This document shows, piece after piece, positions 1 to 10,386 of a stretch of 64,000 nt of DNA. The stretch is taken from sequence record SRR22947725_485; one strand, 5' to 3'. Made by a program: the position numbers and the translations under genes. Each line of letters opens with the position of its first letter. Position 1 is the stretch's first letter. The notes beneath the pieces are model-generated. The model saw only the letters and a list, made by a program, of their open reading frames with translations, did not search any database and was not told where the DNA came from.

Positions 1-357
1 AGATATTCAAATAAAAAGTATTCAGATAAAGCAATTGTAACGCTTAGTAGAATATTAGTATTGTTGTTAGGATTTTTCTCATATTGGGTCTCAAGAATGT
101 TTGCTTCAGATACTACAATATTTGAAAAGGCGCTTTATGCATTTACAATTTACGGTACAGCAATTACTCCTACATTGTTAGCAGCGTTCTTTTGGGATAA
201 AGCAACAAAGTATGGAGCCATATGCTCAATTATATCAGGAATAGTTGCAACAGTATACTTTGGAAATCAGTGGAGTCTTGATGAAGCGGTAATTCCAGCT
301 TTAGCTATTTCGACAGCTGCACTAGTTTTAATAAGTTATTTGCCACAATCTGATTAG
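1..357 (+). CDS. Sodium:solute symporter (SSS family), C-terminal part, truncated by window start
   Basis: Frame open from base 1; hydrophobic helices with 'P-LLAAFFW-KATKYGAI-SII-G', typical of SSS C-termini. Confidence 0.75.
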   Translation, partial: RYSNKKYSDKAIVTLSRILVLLLGFFSYWVSRMFASDTTIFEKALYAFTIYGTAITPTLLAAFFWDKATKYGAICSIISGIVATVYFGNQWSLDEAVIPALAISTAALVLISYLPQSD

Positions 358-410
358 TAGATTTAAGGTAATTGAAATAAATCTTCAATAGAGCATTTGA
401 AAGTTTTTTA

Positions 411-1016
411 CTAGATAGTAATTTCTAAAGGTGGACTATTAATGGACTCAACATTATCTTTAATGTCAAAAGATCTTCTATAGTACTCGAAAGATTTTTT
501 AGTACCTTGCCAATCGTCAATTCGACTAATGATAGTCATATTCTTATCAGCTACATTTGATGTACCTGTTACTACATGACCAGTAACATATTTAATGTTT
601 GATCTTTTTTGCGACCAGCTAAGGTATACTCGTTTTAGCATTCTTGCATAGCCGTTAGATTTATATTTTTCCATGATTACGAAAGCGTAGGTATATAACG
701 TATTATATTTACCAAAATTTTCATCATTTACTGCCCATGATTCTTGGCGTAATTCTTCTAATGGAATCCCAATAATATAACCAATGATTTCATCTTGGTA
801 TCGTGCAATAAATGGTAAAGATTTTTCAGTATTGAAATACTTTTGTATGGTATCTTTTGTTAAGACAGCTTGCCTGCCATATTCTTTAGCTAAATGCAAA
901 GATATTTCTATAAGCTGAGGATAGTCTTCACGTCCAACTTTTTCGACTTTTTCAATTTGAAAAACATTAGTTGAAGCAATAATTTTTGTTTTTGATGAGT
1001 TTTCGGAATTGTGCAT
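411..1016 (-). CDS. GNAT-fold acetyltransferase-like protein
   Basis: 'IIGYIIGIP...TLYTYAFVIMEKYKSNGYARMLK' resembles GNAT motif A. Confidence 0.6.
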   Translation of the reverse strand: MHNSENSSKTKIIASTNVFQIEKVEKVGREDYPQLIEISLHLAKEYGRQAVLTKDTIQKYFNTEKSLPFIARYQDEIIGYIIGIPLEELRQESWAVNDENFGKYNTLYTYAFVIMEKYKSNGYARMLKRVYLSWSQKRSNIKYVTGHVVTGTSNVADKNMTIISRIDDWQGTKKSFEYYRRSFDIKDNVESINSPPLEITI

Positions 1017-1058
1017 TGTGATGAATATTAAAAATTTTTCAATCTAGTATGAAGGCAT

Positions 1059-1087
1059 TTGTTTGATAATGTTAATTAGGTTAAATT
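1059..1087 (+). promoter_or_regulatory. Putative sigma70 promoter for pyrF (TTGTTT-17-TAAATT), likely leaderless
   Basis: -10 ends 6 nt before ATG 1094; no Shine-Dalgarno. Confidence 0.5.
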
Positions 1088-1093
1088 TCTTCG

Positions 1094-1873
1094 ATGAATT
1101 CTTTTAAAGAAAAACTACACAATACAATAAAAGCAAAAAATTCCAATCTATGTGTCGGCATTGATATTGATAAAAAATATTTTAACTCGGATGTTTCAAT
1201 TGAAGAGCTTAAAGATTATTCTTTTAAGATTGTATCTGCAACAAAAGATGTGGCAGCTGCTTATAAGCCAAATCTTGCATTTTTTGAAGAATGGGGATCT
1301 CAAGGATTTTTATGGCTTGAAGAATTAGTCAAAGAGATTGGAAGTGACCACGTTATTATAGCTGATGCTAAAAGAGGTGATATTGGTAACACAGCAAATC
1401 ATTATGCGAATGCATTCTTTAATCATTTTAATTGCGATGCTATTACGGTAAATCCGTACATGGGAGAAGAGGCCATTGAGCCATTTTGTTCTCAAGAAGA
1501 TAAGGGAGTTTATGTTCTTTGTAGGACTTCAAATCCATCCGCTAGCTTTATACAGGAAGATATTTTTGAAAAAGTAATTGAGTTGTCAAAAAATATGAAT
1601 AGGTATAACAATATTGGTTTAGTTGTTGGAGCTACCAATAGCAAAGCAATGAGCGAAGTAAGAAATACAAATGATTTACCTTTTCTTATTCCTGGTATTG
1701 GTGCACAAGGTGGTAGCCTTAAAGATGTTATTAAGATTAATAGTAATTTTGCAGAATCAACCTTGATCAATGTGTCTAGATCTATAATTTTCCCAGGAGA
1801 TAATAATTATCAGGGTATTCAAGGTGCTGCACACAATTTTGCAAATCAAATGAGGTTACACTTTGAACGATAA
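1094..1873 (+). CDS. pyrF: Orotidine-5'-phosphate decarboxylase (subfamily 2)
   Basis: LCVGID, YKPNLAFF, DAKRGDIGNT, LIPGIGAQGG motifs. Confidence 0.95.
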   Translation: MNSFKEKLHNTIKAKNSNLCVGIDIDKKYFNSDVSIEELKDYSFKIVSATKDVAAAYKPNLAFFEEWGSQGFLWLEELVKEIGSDHVIIADAKRGDIGNTANHYANAFFNHFNCDAITVNPYMGEEAIEPFCSQEDKGVYVLCRTSNPSASFIQEDIFEKVIELSKNMNRYNNIGLVVGATNSKAMSEVRNTNDLPFLIPGIGAQGGSLKDVIKINSNFAESTLINVSRSIIFPGDNNYQGIQGAAHNFANQMRLHFER

Positions 1874-2450
1874 AGACTATATAAAGATTTTTGAAGACAC
1901 TGAAGCACTAATGTATGGACATTTTGTATTGTCATCTGGAATGCATAGTGATGCATATTTCCAGTGTGCTAAAGTATTACAATATCCTAAATACTTATCA
2001 TTATTTGCAGATATTTTATCATCTCACTTTGCAGATCTTTCAATTGACAAAGTGATTTCTCCAGCAATTGGTGGTATTGTTTTAGGTACAGAGGTTGGAA
2101 GACAACTAAATAAAAGAACAATATTTTCAGAGAGAGTTGATGGTGAGATGCAACTTAGAAGAGGGTTCGAAATAAAGCCTGGTGAAAAAATTCTTATTAT
2201 TGAAGACGTGCTTAGTACAGGGGGATCCATTAAGGAAGTCTCAGAGCTCATTTATCAACATAAAGGCAATATCGTAGGTATTGGTATTATTGTTGATAGA
2301 AGTATTACCCCTGTTCATTTACATGATAATTTTTTTGCAATTACTAAGCAAACTGCAAAAATATTTGACAAAAATAATATCCCAGATCATATCAAGGATA
2401 TTCCAGCAATTAAACCTGGAAGCAATATAATTGCTTCCAATAAAGTCTAG
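1863..2450 (+). CDS. pyrE: Orotate phosphoribosyltransferase
   Basis: GHFVLSSGMHS, PRPP motif IIEDVLSTGGS; overlaps pyrF. Confidence 0.95.
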   Translation: MNDKDYIKIFEDTEALMYGHFVLSSGMHSDAYFQCAKVLQYPKYLSLFADILSSHFADLSIDKVISPAIGGIVLGTEVGRQLNKRTIFSERVDGEMQLRRGFEIKPGEKILIIEDVLSTGGSIKEVSELIYQHKGNIVGIGIIVDRSITPVHLHDNFFAITKQTAKIFDKNNIPDHIKDIPAIKPGSNIIASNKV

Positions 2451-2459
2451 AGAGAATAA

Positions 2460-3395
2460 ATGTACAAAAGTTTAAAAATTGGTGTAGCCCTTGGTGGTGG
2501 TGGAGCAAGAGGTGCATGTCACATAGGAGTATTAAAGTCTTTAGAACGAAGAGGTATTATACCTGATATTATATCTGGTACTAGCGCTGGGTCAATGATT
2601 GGTGCAATGTATGCATCCCACGCAAGTGCTGATATTGTAGAAGAAAAATATACTGAACATGTTAACGGAGAAGATTTTAAAGATTTAGGATTTAGATATA
2701 TTCCTAATAACGAAAAAGACGATTCAGTTTTTTCTCAAGTATTTAAGCAGATTAAAAACCAGTATATATTAATGGTTAGTTCAACGAGAAAGTCTTTGGT
2801 AAAGAATGAAAGATTAGCAAAGGCTGCGAATAATCTTTTTGAAAGCAATCAATTTGATGATTTAAAAATACCTTTGATTGTTACTGCTACAGATCTCATT
2901 TCTGGAAAGCCAATGCTTTACAAAGCTGGCAATGTAGTTGATGCTGTTGTCAAAAGTTCATCTATTCCTGGATTTGTAGAACCAACATATATTGATAATA
3001 GAATGCTTCTTGATGGTGGGATTGTTTTTCCAACACCTGTTCCTCCATTAGTAGGTGAATGCGATTTTATTATTGCAGTAAATATTAGTAAAGCATTCAA
3101 TACTAGCGAGGAACCCGATAATATCTTTGAGATTACTAATCGAGCTAGAGATATATCTACCTTACATCTAAACTCTTATTTACTAAAGCAGTCTGACTTT
3201 GTTATCAGTCCTGAACATAAGGATGTACATTGGTCTGCTTTTGATAGAACTGATGAGTTTATTGAAAATGGATACAATGCAGCGGAATCTGAAATGGAAA
3301 AATTATTAATTCAATTAGATTCTATGATAGAAAAGAATGTTGAGACTCCTAAAGAAACATTTTGGAGCAAATTAAAGAAAAGATTATCTTTATAG
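2460..3395 (+). CDS. Patatin-like phospholipase
   Basis: GGGARG, GTSAG nucleophile, DGG motifs. Confidence 0.9.
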   Translation: MYKSLKIGVALGGGGARGACHIGVLKSLERRGIIPDIISGTSAGSMIGAMYASHASADIVEEKYTEHVNGEDFKDLGFRYIPNNEKDDSVFSQVFKQIKNQYILMVSSTRKSLVKNERLAKAANNLFESNQFDDLKIPLIVTATDLISGKPMLYKAGNVVDAVVKSSSIPGFVEPTYIDNRMLLDGGIVFPTPVPPLVGECDFIIAVNISKAFNTSEEPDNIFEITNRARDISTLHLNSYLLKQSDFVISPEHKDVHWSAFDRTDEFIENGYNAAESEMEKLLIQLDSMIEKNVETPKETFWSKLKKRLSL

Positions 3396-3403
3396 CAAAT
3401 TCA

Positions 3404-5209
3404 ATGAAAAAATTCATCTCAATACTAGCATATTTTACTATTTTATTTGGACAGTTTAGCGATCCCGCTGAATTCAAATTTAATATCAACAATACCAATC
3501 AAGGTGAAGTAGTTATATTGGAGGTTCAGGCGAATATAGAGAATGAATGGCATATTTATGCAATTTATGATGTTCCTGAAGGGCCAGCACCAACCGTTAT
3601 TAATGTAGTTTCAGATCAGATTGTTAAGGTAGGTAAAATTATAGAACCAGATCCTGTTGTAGAATACGATGAAGGCTTTGATAATATTACTAAAAAACAT
3701 TTAGGAAATCCTTTATTCCAAGTGCCTATTATTTTAGATAAAAATTTATCAAATGGTATATATTCAGTTGATGTAACAGTCGAATACCAGGTTTGTACAG
3801 GAAATTTATGCTATCCACCTAATGAGTTTAGCGGTACTATTGAATTTGTCTTAGAGAGTGGTAATATAAGAGAGCAGTTTACTATTGATAATTTTGACTT
3901 TTCAAAAGAGTCTGTATTTAACCGCCTTGAACTTGATGATTCTGATATTGGAGGATTCCTCTTTATTTCATTAATCATGGGATTTGCTGCATTGTTAACA
4001 CCCTGCGTTTTTCCAATGATACCTATTACTATTTCTTTCTTCTTGAAGAGAGGAGAAGATAAAAAAACTTCGCCAATTAAAGATGCTTCAGTTTATATGC
4101 TCGGTATTGTTATGACTTTTACATTATTAGGTATGTTATTAGCTATATTTCTGGGTGCTTCGGGAGCAACACAACTTGCTGCTAATCCTTATGTAAATTT
4201 ATTTATTGCCTTTTTGTTCATTTATTTTGCTTTTTCACTTTTTGGTTTTTATGAAATTGAGATTCCACAATCATTAAAGCGCTTCTCCCTAGAAAGAGAA
4301 AGTTCCGAAGGATATGCAGGTATTTTATTCATGGCATTAACTTTTACACTTACTTCTTTTACATGTACAGTTGCATTTATGGGTACAATCTTAGTTGCTG
4401 CATCACAAGGTGATTGGTTTTGGCCTATTATAGGCATGTTAGTATTTAGTTTAGCTTTTGCATCACCTTTCTTTTTCCTAGCTCTCTTTCCACATTATTT
4501 GAAAAAGCTACCTCAATCAGGTGGTTGGTTGAACTCTGTAAAAGTGATTATGGGTTTTCTTGAAATAGCAGCAGCTTTTAAATTTATTAGTAATACAGAT
4601 TTAGTATGGCAGTGGGATATTTTTACATATGAGATAGTGCTTTATTGTTGGGCACTTATTATGATCCTATGCGCTTTTTATATTGTGGGAATTATTCACT
4701 TTAAACATGATTCTAAAATAGCAGTTTCTTATCAAAGAGGATTAGTCTCTTCAGTATTTTTATTATTAGGTCTTTATCTCTTATCAGGAAATTTTGGATA
4801 TAATATTAACGGAACAATTGAGTCTTATCTTCCGCCAAAGAAAGTGAAATCAAATTTGAATTGGGTAAATTCTTTGGATGATGCATTCATTTTAGCGAAC
4901 CAGAGTGATAAAAAAATATTTATAGATTTTACGGGAGTTACATGTACTAATTGTCGATGGATGGAAACAAATGTATTTGCAAAGAAATCAGTAGAAGAGA
5001 TAATGTCTAATTATGTTCTAGTTAGCCTTTATACTGATTCTGGAGATAACTATCTTGAAAAGAGAGATTATCAAATTAATCGATTCAAAACAGCAGCATT
5101 GCCTTATTATGTTATTTTAGATAAAAATGATTTAGTAATTGGAGAGTTTCCTGGTATGACTAGAGACGTTGAAGAGTTTAAGAGATTTTTACAAGAAGGC
5201 TTAAACTAA
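3404..5209 (+). CDS. dsbD: Thiol:disulfide interchange protein DsbD (N-terminal domain, TM domain, thioredoxin domain)
   Basis: CTGNLC, LTPCVFPMIP, SFTCT, CTNC; ATG 3404 gives a signal peptide (MKKFISIL). Confidence 0.9.
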   Translation: MKKFISILAYFTILFGQFSDPAEFKFNINNTNQGEVVILEVQANIENEWHIYAIYDVPEGPAPTVINVVSDQIVKVGKIIEPDPVVEYDEGFDNITKKHLGNPLFQVPIILDKNLSNGIYSVDVTVEYQVCTGNLCYPPNEFSGTIEFVLESGNIREQFTIDNFDFSKESVFNRLELDDSDIGGFLFISLIMGFAALLTPCVFPMIPITISFFLKRGEDKKTSPIKDASVYMLGIVMTFTLLGMLLAIFLGASGATQLAANPYVNLFIAFLFIYFAFSLFGFYEIEIPQSLKRFSLERESSEGYAGILFMALTFTLTSFTCTVAFMGTILVAASQGDWFWPIIGMLVFSLAFASPFFFLALFPHYLKKLPQSGGWLNSVKVIMGFLEIAAAFKFISNTDLVWQWDIFTYEIVLYCWALIMILCAFYIVGIIHFKHDSKIAVSYQRGLVSSVFLLLGLYLLSGNFGYNINGTIESYLPPKKVKSNLNWVNSLDDAFILANQSDKKIFIDFTGVTCTNCRWMETNVFAKKSVEEIMSNYVLVSLYTDSGDNYLEKRDYQINRFKTAALPYYVILDKNDLVIGEFPGMTRDVEEFKRFLQEGLN

Positions 5210-5252
5210 ATGTGGAACTTATTATCTATGTTATCATTTAAATAAAAAGAAA

Positions 5253-6647
5253 ATGAAAAGAATACTAATAATATTAATCGCATCATCATCCTTATTTTCT
5301 CAAGGATATATGTTTAAGCAGTTCAGTAATTCATTTGCTGATATCGCTGAGAATGTAAATGAGTCGGTCGTTACAATTACAACTACAAATAAAGTAACTA
5401 TGGATGAAGATGTGCAAAATTTCTATAGATACTGGGGCAGATCTCTTCCAGAAGAATTCGAAAGTAAGTCACTAGGGTCTGGCGTGATTGTAGACGAAGA
5501 CAATGCATATATTGTTACAAATCATCATGTGATTTTTGATGAAAGAAATGATAAGCCTGTTGATCAAATTATGGTAGAATTAATGGACAAGAGAGTCTTT
5601 GAAGCTACTGTTGTAGGTTTAGATCGAGGTACAGATTTAGCTGTCTTACAAATTGAAGCAGATAACATTAAGGCAGTTCCAATTGGCGATTCTGAGCTAG
5701 TTAGAGTCGGTGAATGGGTTCTTGCTATTGGAAGTCCTTTTTCAGCTAATTTGAGTCATACTGTTACAGCGGGAATCATTAGTGCTATGGGAAGAAATAA
5801 TGTTATGCGAGGTAGCGATACATATCAAAACTTCATTCAAACAGATGCAGCGATTAACCCAGGAAATAGTGGTGGAGCATTATTAAATATGAGCGGCGAA
5901 CTCATTGGAATTAATGCGGCAATAGCTTCAGGAAGCGGTCGATCTAATGCTGGAATCGGATTTGCAATTCCATCGAGTATTGTTACAAAAGTAATGAATG
6001 ACTTAATTTCTAAAGGATATGTAGTGCGCTCTTTCTTAGGGATTTATATGCAAGATATAAATGAAGATCTTTATGAAACTATGGGTCTTGAATCTAGAAA
6101 AGGTACAATTGTCAGCGATATTGTTGAAGGAAGTCCAGCTGAAAAATCTGGCTTAGAATCAGGAGATGTTATTGTTGCTTTTGAAGGTAAAGAAATTACA
6201 AATGGTGCTGCATTAAAAAATTTAGTATCCAGTGCAAGTCCAGGTCAAAAAATAACGCTAACAATTTCACGAGAAGGAAAAGTGCAAGACATTAATGTTG
6301 TACTTGAAGAAAGATCTGGAGCTGAAATGGCAAGCAGTAGTAGTAATGATTTTGACGAATTTGGATTATCAGTACTTGACCTAACAGATGACTTAATTGA
6401 CCAGTATGATATCCAGCGCCCTATGAATTCTGATATTCAAGGCGTAGTAGTAGTAAATATAGAAGAAGGCGGTATTGCAGAGCAGTCAGGCATGTTAGAA
6501 GGAGATTTGATTACTCGCATTGGAAGACAAAAGATTTCTAATCTTACAATGTTTAAAGAAGAAATCTCAAAATATGAAGAAGATAAAAAAATTCTATTCT
6601 TAGTAAAACGTGGCAATGCATCTAGATTTTTAACACTTAGAAGATAA
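5253..6647 (+). CDS. degP: Do/DegP/HtrA serine protease with two PDZ domains
   Basis: TNHHV, DLAV, QTDAAINPGNSGG catalytic triad motifs. Confidence 0.92.
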   Translation: MKRILIILIASSSLFSQGYMFKQFSNSFADIAENVNESVVTITTTNKVTMDEDVQNFYRYWGRSLPEEFESKSLGSGVIVDEDNAYIVTNHHVIFDERNDKPVDQIMVELMDKRVFEATVVGLDRGTDLAVLQIEADNIKAVPIGDSELVRVGEWVLAIGSPFSANLSHTVTAGIISAMGRNNVMRGSDTYQNFIQTDAAINPGNSGGALLNMSGELIGINAAIASGSGRSNAGIGFAIPSSIVTKVMNDLISKGYVVRSFLGIYMQDINEDLYETMGLESRKGTIVSDIVEGSPAEKSGLESGDVIVAFEGKEITNGAALKNLVSSASPGQKITLTISREGKVQDINVVLEERSGAEMASSSSNDFDEFGLSVLDLTDDLIDQYDIQRPMNSDIQGVVVVNIEEGGIAEQSGMLEGDLITRIGRQKISNLTMFKEEISKYEEDKKILFLVKRGNASRFLTLRR

Positions 6648-6659
6648 ATTCTAATCAAA

Positions 6660-6688
6660 TTGCAATAATTCAACATTTCTTATAAGTT
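6660..6688 (+). promoter_or_regulatory. Putative sigma70 promoter of the ileS operon (TTGCAA-17-TAAGTT)
   Basis: Canonical spacing; -10 ends 15 nt before ileS ATG. Confidence 0.55.
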
Positions 6689-6703
6689 TGTAGTTAATTC
6701 ATC

Positions 6704-9700
6704 ATGAGTATAAGAAAAGAAAATCCAAAAATAGACTTTGTATCCAACGAGCACGAGATACTTGAATTCTGGGAAAAAAATCAAATTTTTCAAAAATTAG
6801 TAAGTCAAAATTCAGAAGGTAAGAAATGGAGCTTTTTAGATGGTCCTATTACTGCTAATAATCCAATGGGAGTTCATCATGCTTGGGGTAGAACACTAAA
6901 AGACCTTTATCAGCGATATAAGTCAATGAATGGATATCAACTTCGATACCAGAACGGCTTTGATTGCCAAGGACTTTGGGTTGAAATTGAAGTAGAAAAA
7001 GAGCTTGGTATTAAGTCTAAGAAAGAAGTAGAAGAGCTTGGAATAGAAAAATTCGTTAAGCTTTGCAAGGAGCGTGTGAAAAAATATTCAGATATACAAA
7101 CTGAACAGTCTAAAAGACTAGGTTATTGGATGGATTGGGAAAACTCATATTATACCATGTCCGATGAAAATAATTATGCTATATGGGGGTTTTTAAAAAA
7201 ACTATTTAACGATGAAAAAATTTATAGAGGTACTGATGTTGTACCTTGGTCAGGTAGATCAGGTACATCTTACTCTCAGATGGAAATTATCGAAGGCCGA
7301 AAATTAACAGTTCACAAGGGCGTATTTGTAAAGTTTCCTTTAAAAGATAAAAAAAATGAAAACATATTAATTTGGACTACAACTCCATGGACTCTTTCAT
7401 CAAATATTGCTGTTGCTGTGAATAAAAAAATCAATTATGCAAAAATACAGTTAGCAGATAAGTCTATCTATTATGTTGCAGAAACTAATTTAAAGTATCA
7501 ACGACTAAACAAAGAGTTCACAGAAAAGAAGAACTGGATTGATGGCGTACCAAAGCTAAAAACCTTAGATCAAATATTTAAGGAAAGAGGCGGATATGAA
7601 GTGATTGAATTGTTGAAGGGGGAAGATATGGTTGGTTGGACTTATAAAGGTCCATATGACCACTTAGAACCACAGCAAACAGCTGGAGGCTATCCAAATA
7701 TTAATCAAGGCGTAAAAGAGGGAGAGCTCACGCCTATACAGTGCCATATCGTAATTGATGGTGGAAAAGATTCCGAAGGTCAAGATATGGTTGTTGAAGG
7801 CGAAGGAACTGGTATTGTTCACATGGCTGGTGGTTGTGGATCAATAGATAATAAAATTTGTAAAAAAGAAGGTTTTGTAGAGATTTCACCAATTGATAAT
7901 CAAGCAAACTTTATTGATGGATTTGATTTTATGGCAGGATTAAATGTTACTGATCCTGACACAGCTTCAAAGATTATTCAAGATTTAAAAGATAGGAATT
8001 TTTTACTTTATGCAGAAGATTATCCTCATATATATCCTCATTGCTGGAGATCCGGAGATGAGCTTGTATTTAAGCAAGTAGATGAATGGTATATAAATAT
8101 GGACTGGAGAAATAGGATTAAAGATGTTGTTAGCGATATTAATTGGATTCCAGAATGGGGAGAAGATAGAGAGCATAATTGGCTAGATAATATGGGCGAT
8201 TGGATGATTTCTAAGAAGAGATTCTGGGGATTAGCTTTACCTATTTGGACATTTGAAGATGGTAGTTTTTATGTGGTAGGTTCTAAGAAAGAATTAAAAG
8301 ACCTGTCCGTTGAAGGGTGGGAAGAGTTTGAAGGAAATAGTCCTCATAGACCTTGGATTGATCATGTAAAAATTAAACATCCTGACTCCGGGCTTATTGG
8401 TACAAGAATTCCAGACGTTGGAAATCCTTGGCTGGACGCAGGAATCGTTCCTTTTTCTACTCTAAATTACTTTGAAGACAAAAAATATTGGAACGAATGG
8501 TTTCCAGCAGATTTTATTACAGAGTGTTTTCCAGGTCAATTTAGAAATTGGTTTTATTCACTATTAGCTATGTCTTCTTTTCTTGAAGACAAAGCTCCAT
8601 TTAAAACTCTGCTTGGACATGCGCTAGTAAAAGCGGAAGATGGGCAAGAGATGCATAAATCAGCAGGAAATGCTATATGGTTTGATGATGCCGCTGAAAA
8701 GATGGGTGTGGATGTTATGAGGTGGATGTATACAAGGCAGAATGTTGAGAACAACTTATTGTTTGGATATGATAAAGCCGATGAAGTCAGAAAAAGATTA
8801 ATCAGTTTTTGGAATATCTATTCCTTCTTTTGTACTTATGCAAGCTTAGATGATTTTAAACCTCATTCTGAAAAAATAGATAAAAATGATTTAACATTAT
8901 TAGACAAATGGATTATTTCAAAAGCAAACTTATTGATTAAAGATTCTACTGTTCATTATGATCATTTTGAAGCAGATAAGCTTGTAAAGAAGGTAGAGTT
9001 ATTTATTGATGACTTATCTAACTGGTATATTAGAAGAAATAGAAGAAGATTTTGGAAAAGCGAGAATGATAAAGATAAGTTCGTAGCATACCAAACTTTG
9101 TATGATGTTCTTTTATCTCTTATAAAGCTATTAGCTCCAATTTTACCATTTATTACAGAGCGTATGTATCTTAATATCTCAAAAGATGATCCAAATGAAA
9201 ATCATGCTAGCATTCATCTATCTCCTTATGTAGGTCATGATGAAGAGAAGATTGACATGGATCTACTCAAAAAAGTTGAAACCCTCAAAAAGGTTATTGA
9301 ATCAGGCAGAGCTGCAAGAAAGAAAGCTAATATAAAAGTTAGACAACCTCTTTCAAATTTAAAGATATACGAAAAAGATTCGACGCTAACTGAGTTTATT
9401 TTAAGCCAACAACAGCTCATCTTAGATGAATTGAATATTAAAACTATATCTATAATGACAAGCTTAAAAGATATGGGCTCCTTTATTATAAAGCCAAACT
9501 TTAAAATCTTATCTTCAAAGTTTGAAGAAGATATGCAAACAGTAGTTAAGTACATTAGTACGCTTGACCAGTATGATGTAATGGAAAAATATCTAAGTAA
9601 TCAACAAATAGCTTCAGATAAATTTGATATTATAAAAGAAGATGTCATTGTTCAAATTCAAGGACATGAAAAAGAAGAAGCATTTTTTTCAAATGACGTT

Positions 9701-9997
9701 ATAGTTTCAATCAATACTGAAATTGATGAAAGTTTAGCAGCGGAAGGATTAATCAGAGAGCTAATTAGACATGTGCAGGTAATGCGAAAAGAGGCTGACT
9801 TCAATGTAGACGATAGGATTATATTGTCTGGAAACTTATCTGACGAAATAAAAAATGCAGTTACTTCACACAAAGAATATTTCATGAATGAAATTTTATG
9901 TGTAGATATTGTGGAAAGTTTAGATAATTCTGATTATAATTCTCTTTTTAAGTATAAATCAGAAAAATTTGACATATTGATAAAGAAAAAATTATAA
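6704..9997 (+). CDS. ileS: Isoleucine--tRNA ligase, type II, with altered signature motifs
   Basis: DGPITAN-PMGVHH, WTTTPWTL, GTGIVH, LSNWYIRRNRRRFW, type II C-terminus; KMSKS appears as EMHKS. Confidence 0.95.
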   Translation: MSIRKENPKIDFVSNEHEILEFWEKNQIFQKLVSQNSEGKKWSFLDGPITANNPMGVHHAWGRTLKDLYQRYKSMNGYQLRYQNGFDCQGLWVEIEVEKELGIKSKKEVEELGIEKFVKLCKERVKKYSDIQTEQSKRLGYWMDWENSYYTMSDENNYAIWGFLKKLFNDEKIYRGTDVVPWSGRSGTSYSQMEIIEGRKLTVHKGVFVKFPLKDKKNENILIWTTTPWTLSSNIAVAVNKKINYAKIQLADKSIYYVAETNLKYQRLNKEFTEKKNWIDGVPKLKTLDQIFKERGGYEVIELLKGEDMVGWTYKGPYDHLEPQQTAGGYPNINQGVKEGELTPIQCHIVIDGGKDSEGQDMVVEGEGTGIVHMAGGCGSIDNKICKKEGFVEISPIDNQANFIDGFDFMAGLNVTDPDTASKIIQDLKDRNFLLYAEDYPHIYPHCWRSGDELVFKQVDEWYINMDWRNRIKDVVSDINWIPEWGEDREHNWLDNMGDWMISKKRFWGLALPIWTFEDGSFYVVGSKKELKDLSVEGWEEFEGNSPHRPWIDHVKIKHPDSGLIGTRIPDVGNPWLDAGIVPFSTLNYFEDKKYWNEWFPADFITECFPGQFRNWFYSLLAMSSFLEDKAPFKTLLGHALVKAEDGQEMHKSAGNAIWFDDAAEKMGVDVMRWMYTRQNVENNLLFGYDKADEVRKRLISFWNIYSFFCTYASLDDFKPHSEKIDKNDLTLLDKWIISKANLLIKDSTVHYDHFEADKLVKKVELFIDDLSNWYIRRNRRRFWKSENDKDKFVAYQTLYDVLLSLIKLLAPILPFITERMYLNISKDDPNENHASIHLSPYVGHDEEKIDMDLLKKVETLKKVIESGRAARKKANIKVRQPLSNLKIYEKDSTLTEFILSQQQLILDELNIKTISIMTSLKDMGSFIIKPNFKILSSKFEEDMQTVVKYISTLDQYDVMEKYLSNQQIASDKFDIIKEDVIVQIQGHEKEEAFFSNDVIVSINTEIDESLAAEGLIRELIRHVQVMRKEADFNVDDRIILSGNLSDEIKNAVTSHKEYFMNEILCVDIVESLDNSDYNSLFKYKSEKFDILIKKKL

Positions 9998-10008
9998 GGG
10001 GTATAAAA

Positions 10009-10386
10009 TTGGCTAAAACAAAATACACTAAAGCAGAATTAAAAAAGTTTGAAAAGAATATACTTAGTAAAATTAGTGAAATTACCGATAATATAAGCGC
10101 TGTTCGATCTACATCATCCAGTAAGAGTTCTGTTTTTTTAGAAAATAATACAGAGGACCATAATGAAGGTACTGAAGCACATGAAGTAGAAAAAAGTTTT
10201 TTATTAATGTCGCGAGAGTCTGACTATCTTGTAAATTTAGAAAAAGCTCTTCAAAGAATTAAAGACGGTACATATGGTATATGCGAAATATCTGGTGAAT
10301 TGATATCAAAAGAAAGATTAATGGAAGTTCCTAATGCCACCAAAAGTGTTGTTTTTAAAGAGAAGAAAAAATTAAATCTCATATGA
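10009..10386 (+). CDS. TraR/DksA family transcription factor (single-Cys variant)
   Basis: ALQRIKDGTYGICEISGELISKERLMEVPNA; ileS-dksA-lspA synteny. Confidence 0.85.
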   Translation: MAKTKYTKAELKKFEKNILSKISEITDNISAVRSTSSSKSSVFLENNTEDHNEGTEAHEVEKSFLLMSRESDYLVNLEKALQRIKDGTYGICEISGELISKERLMEVPNATKSVVFKEKKKLNLI

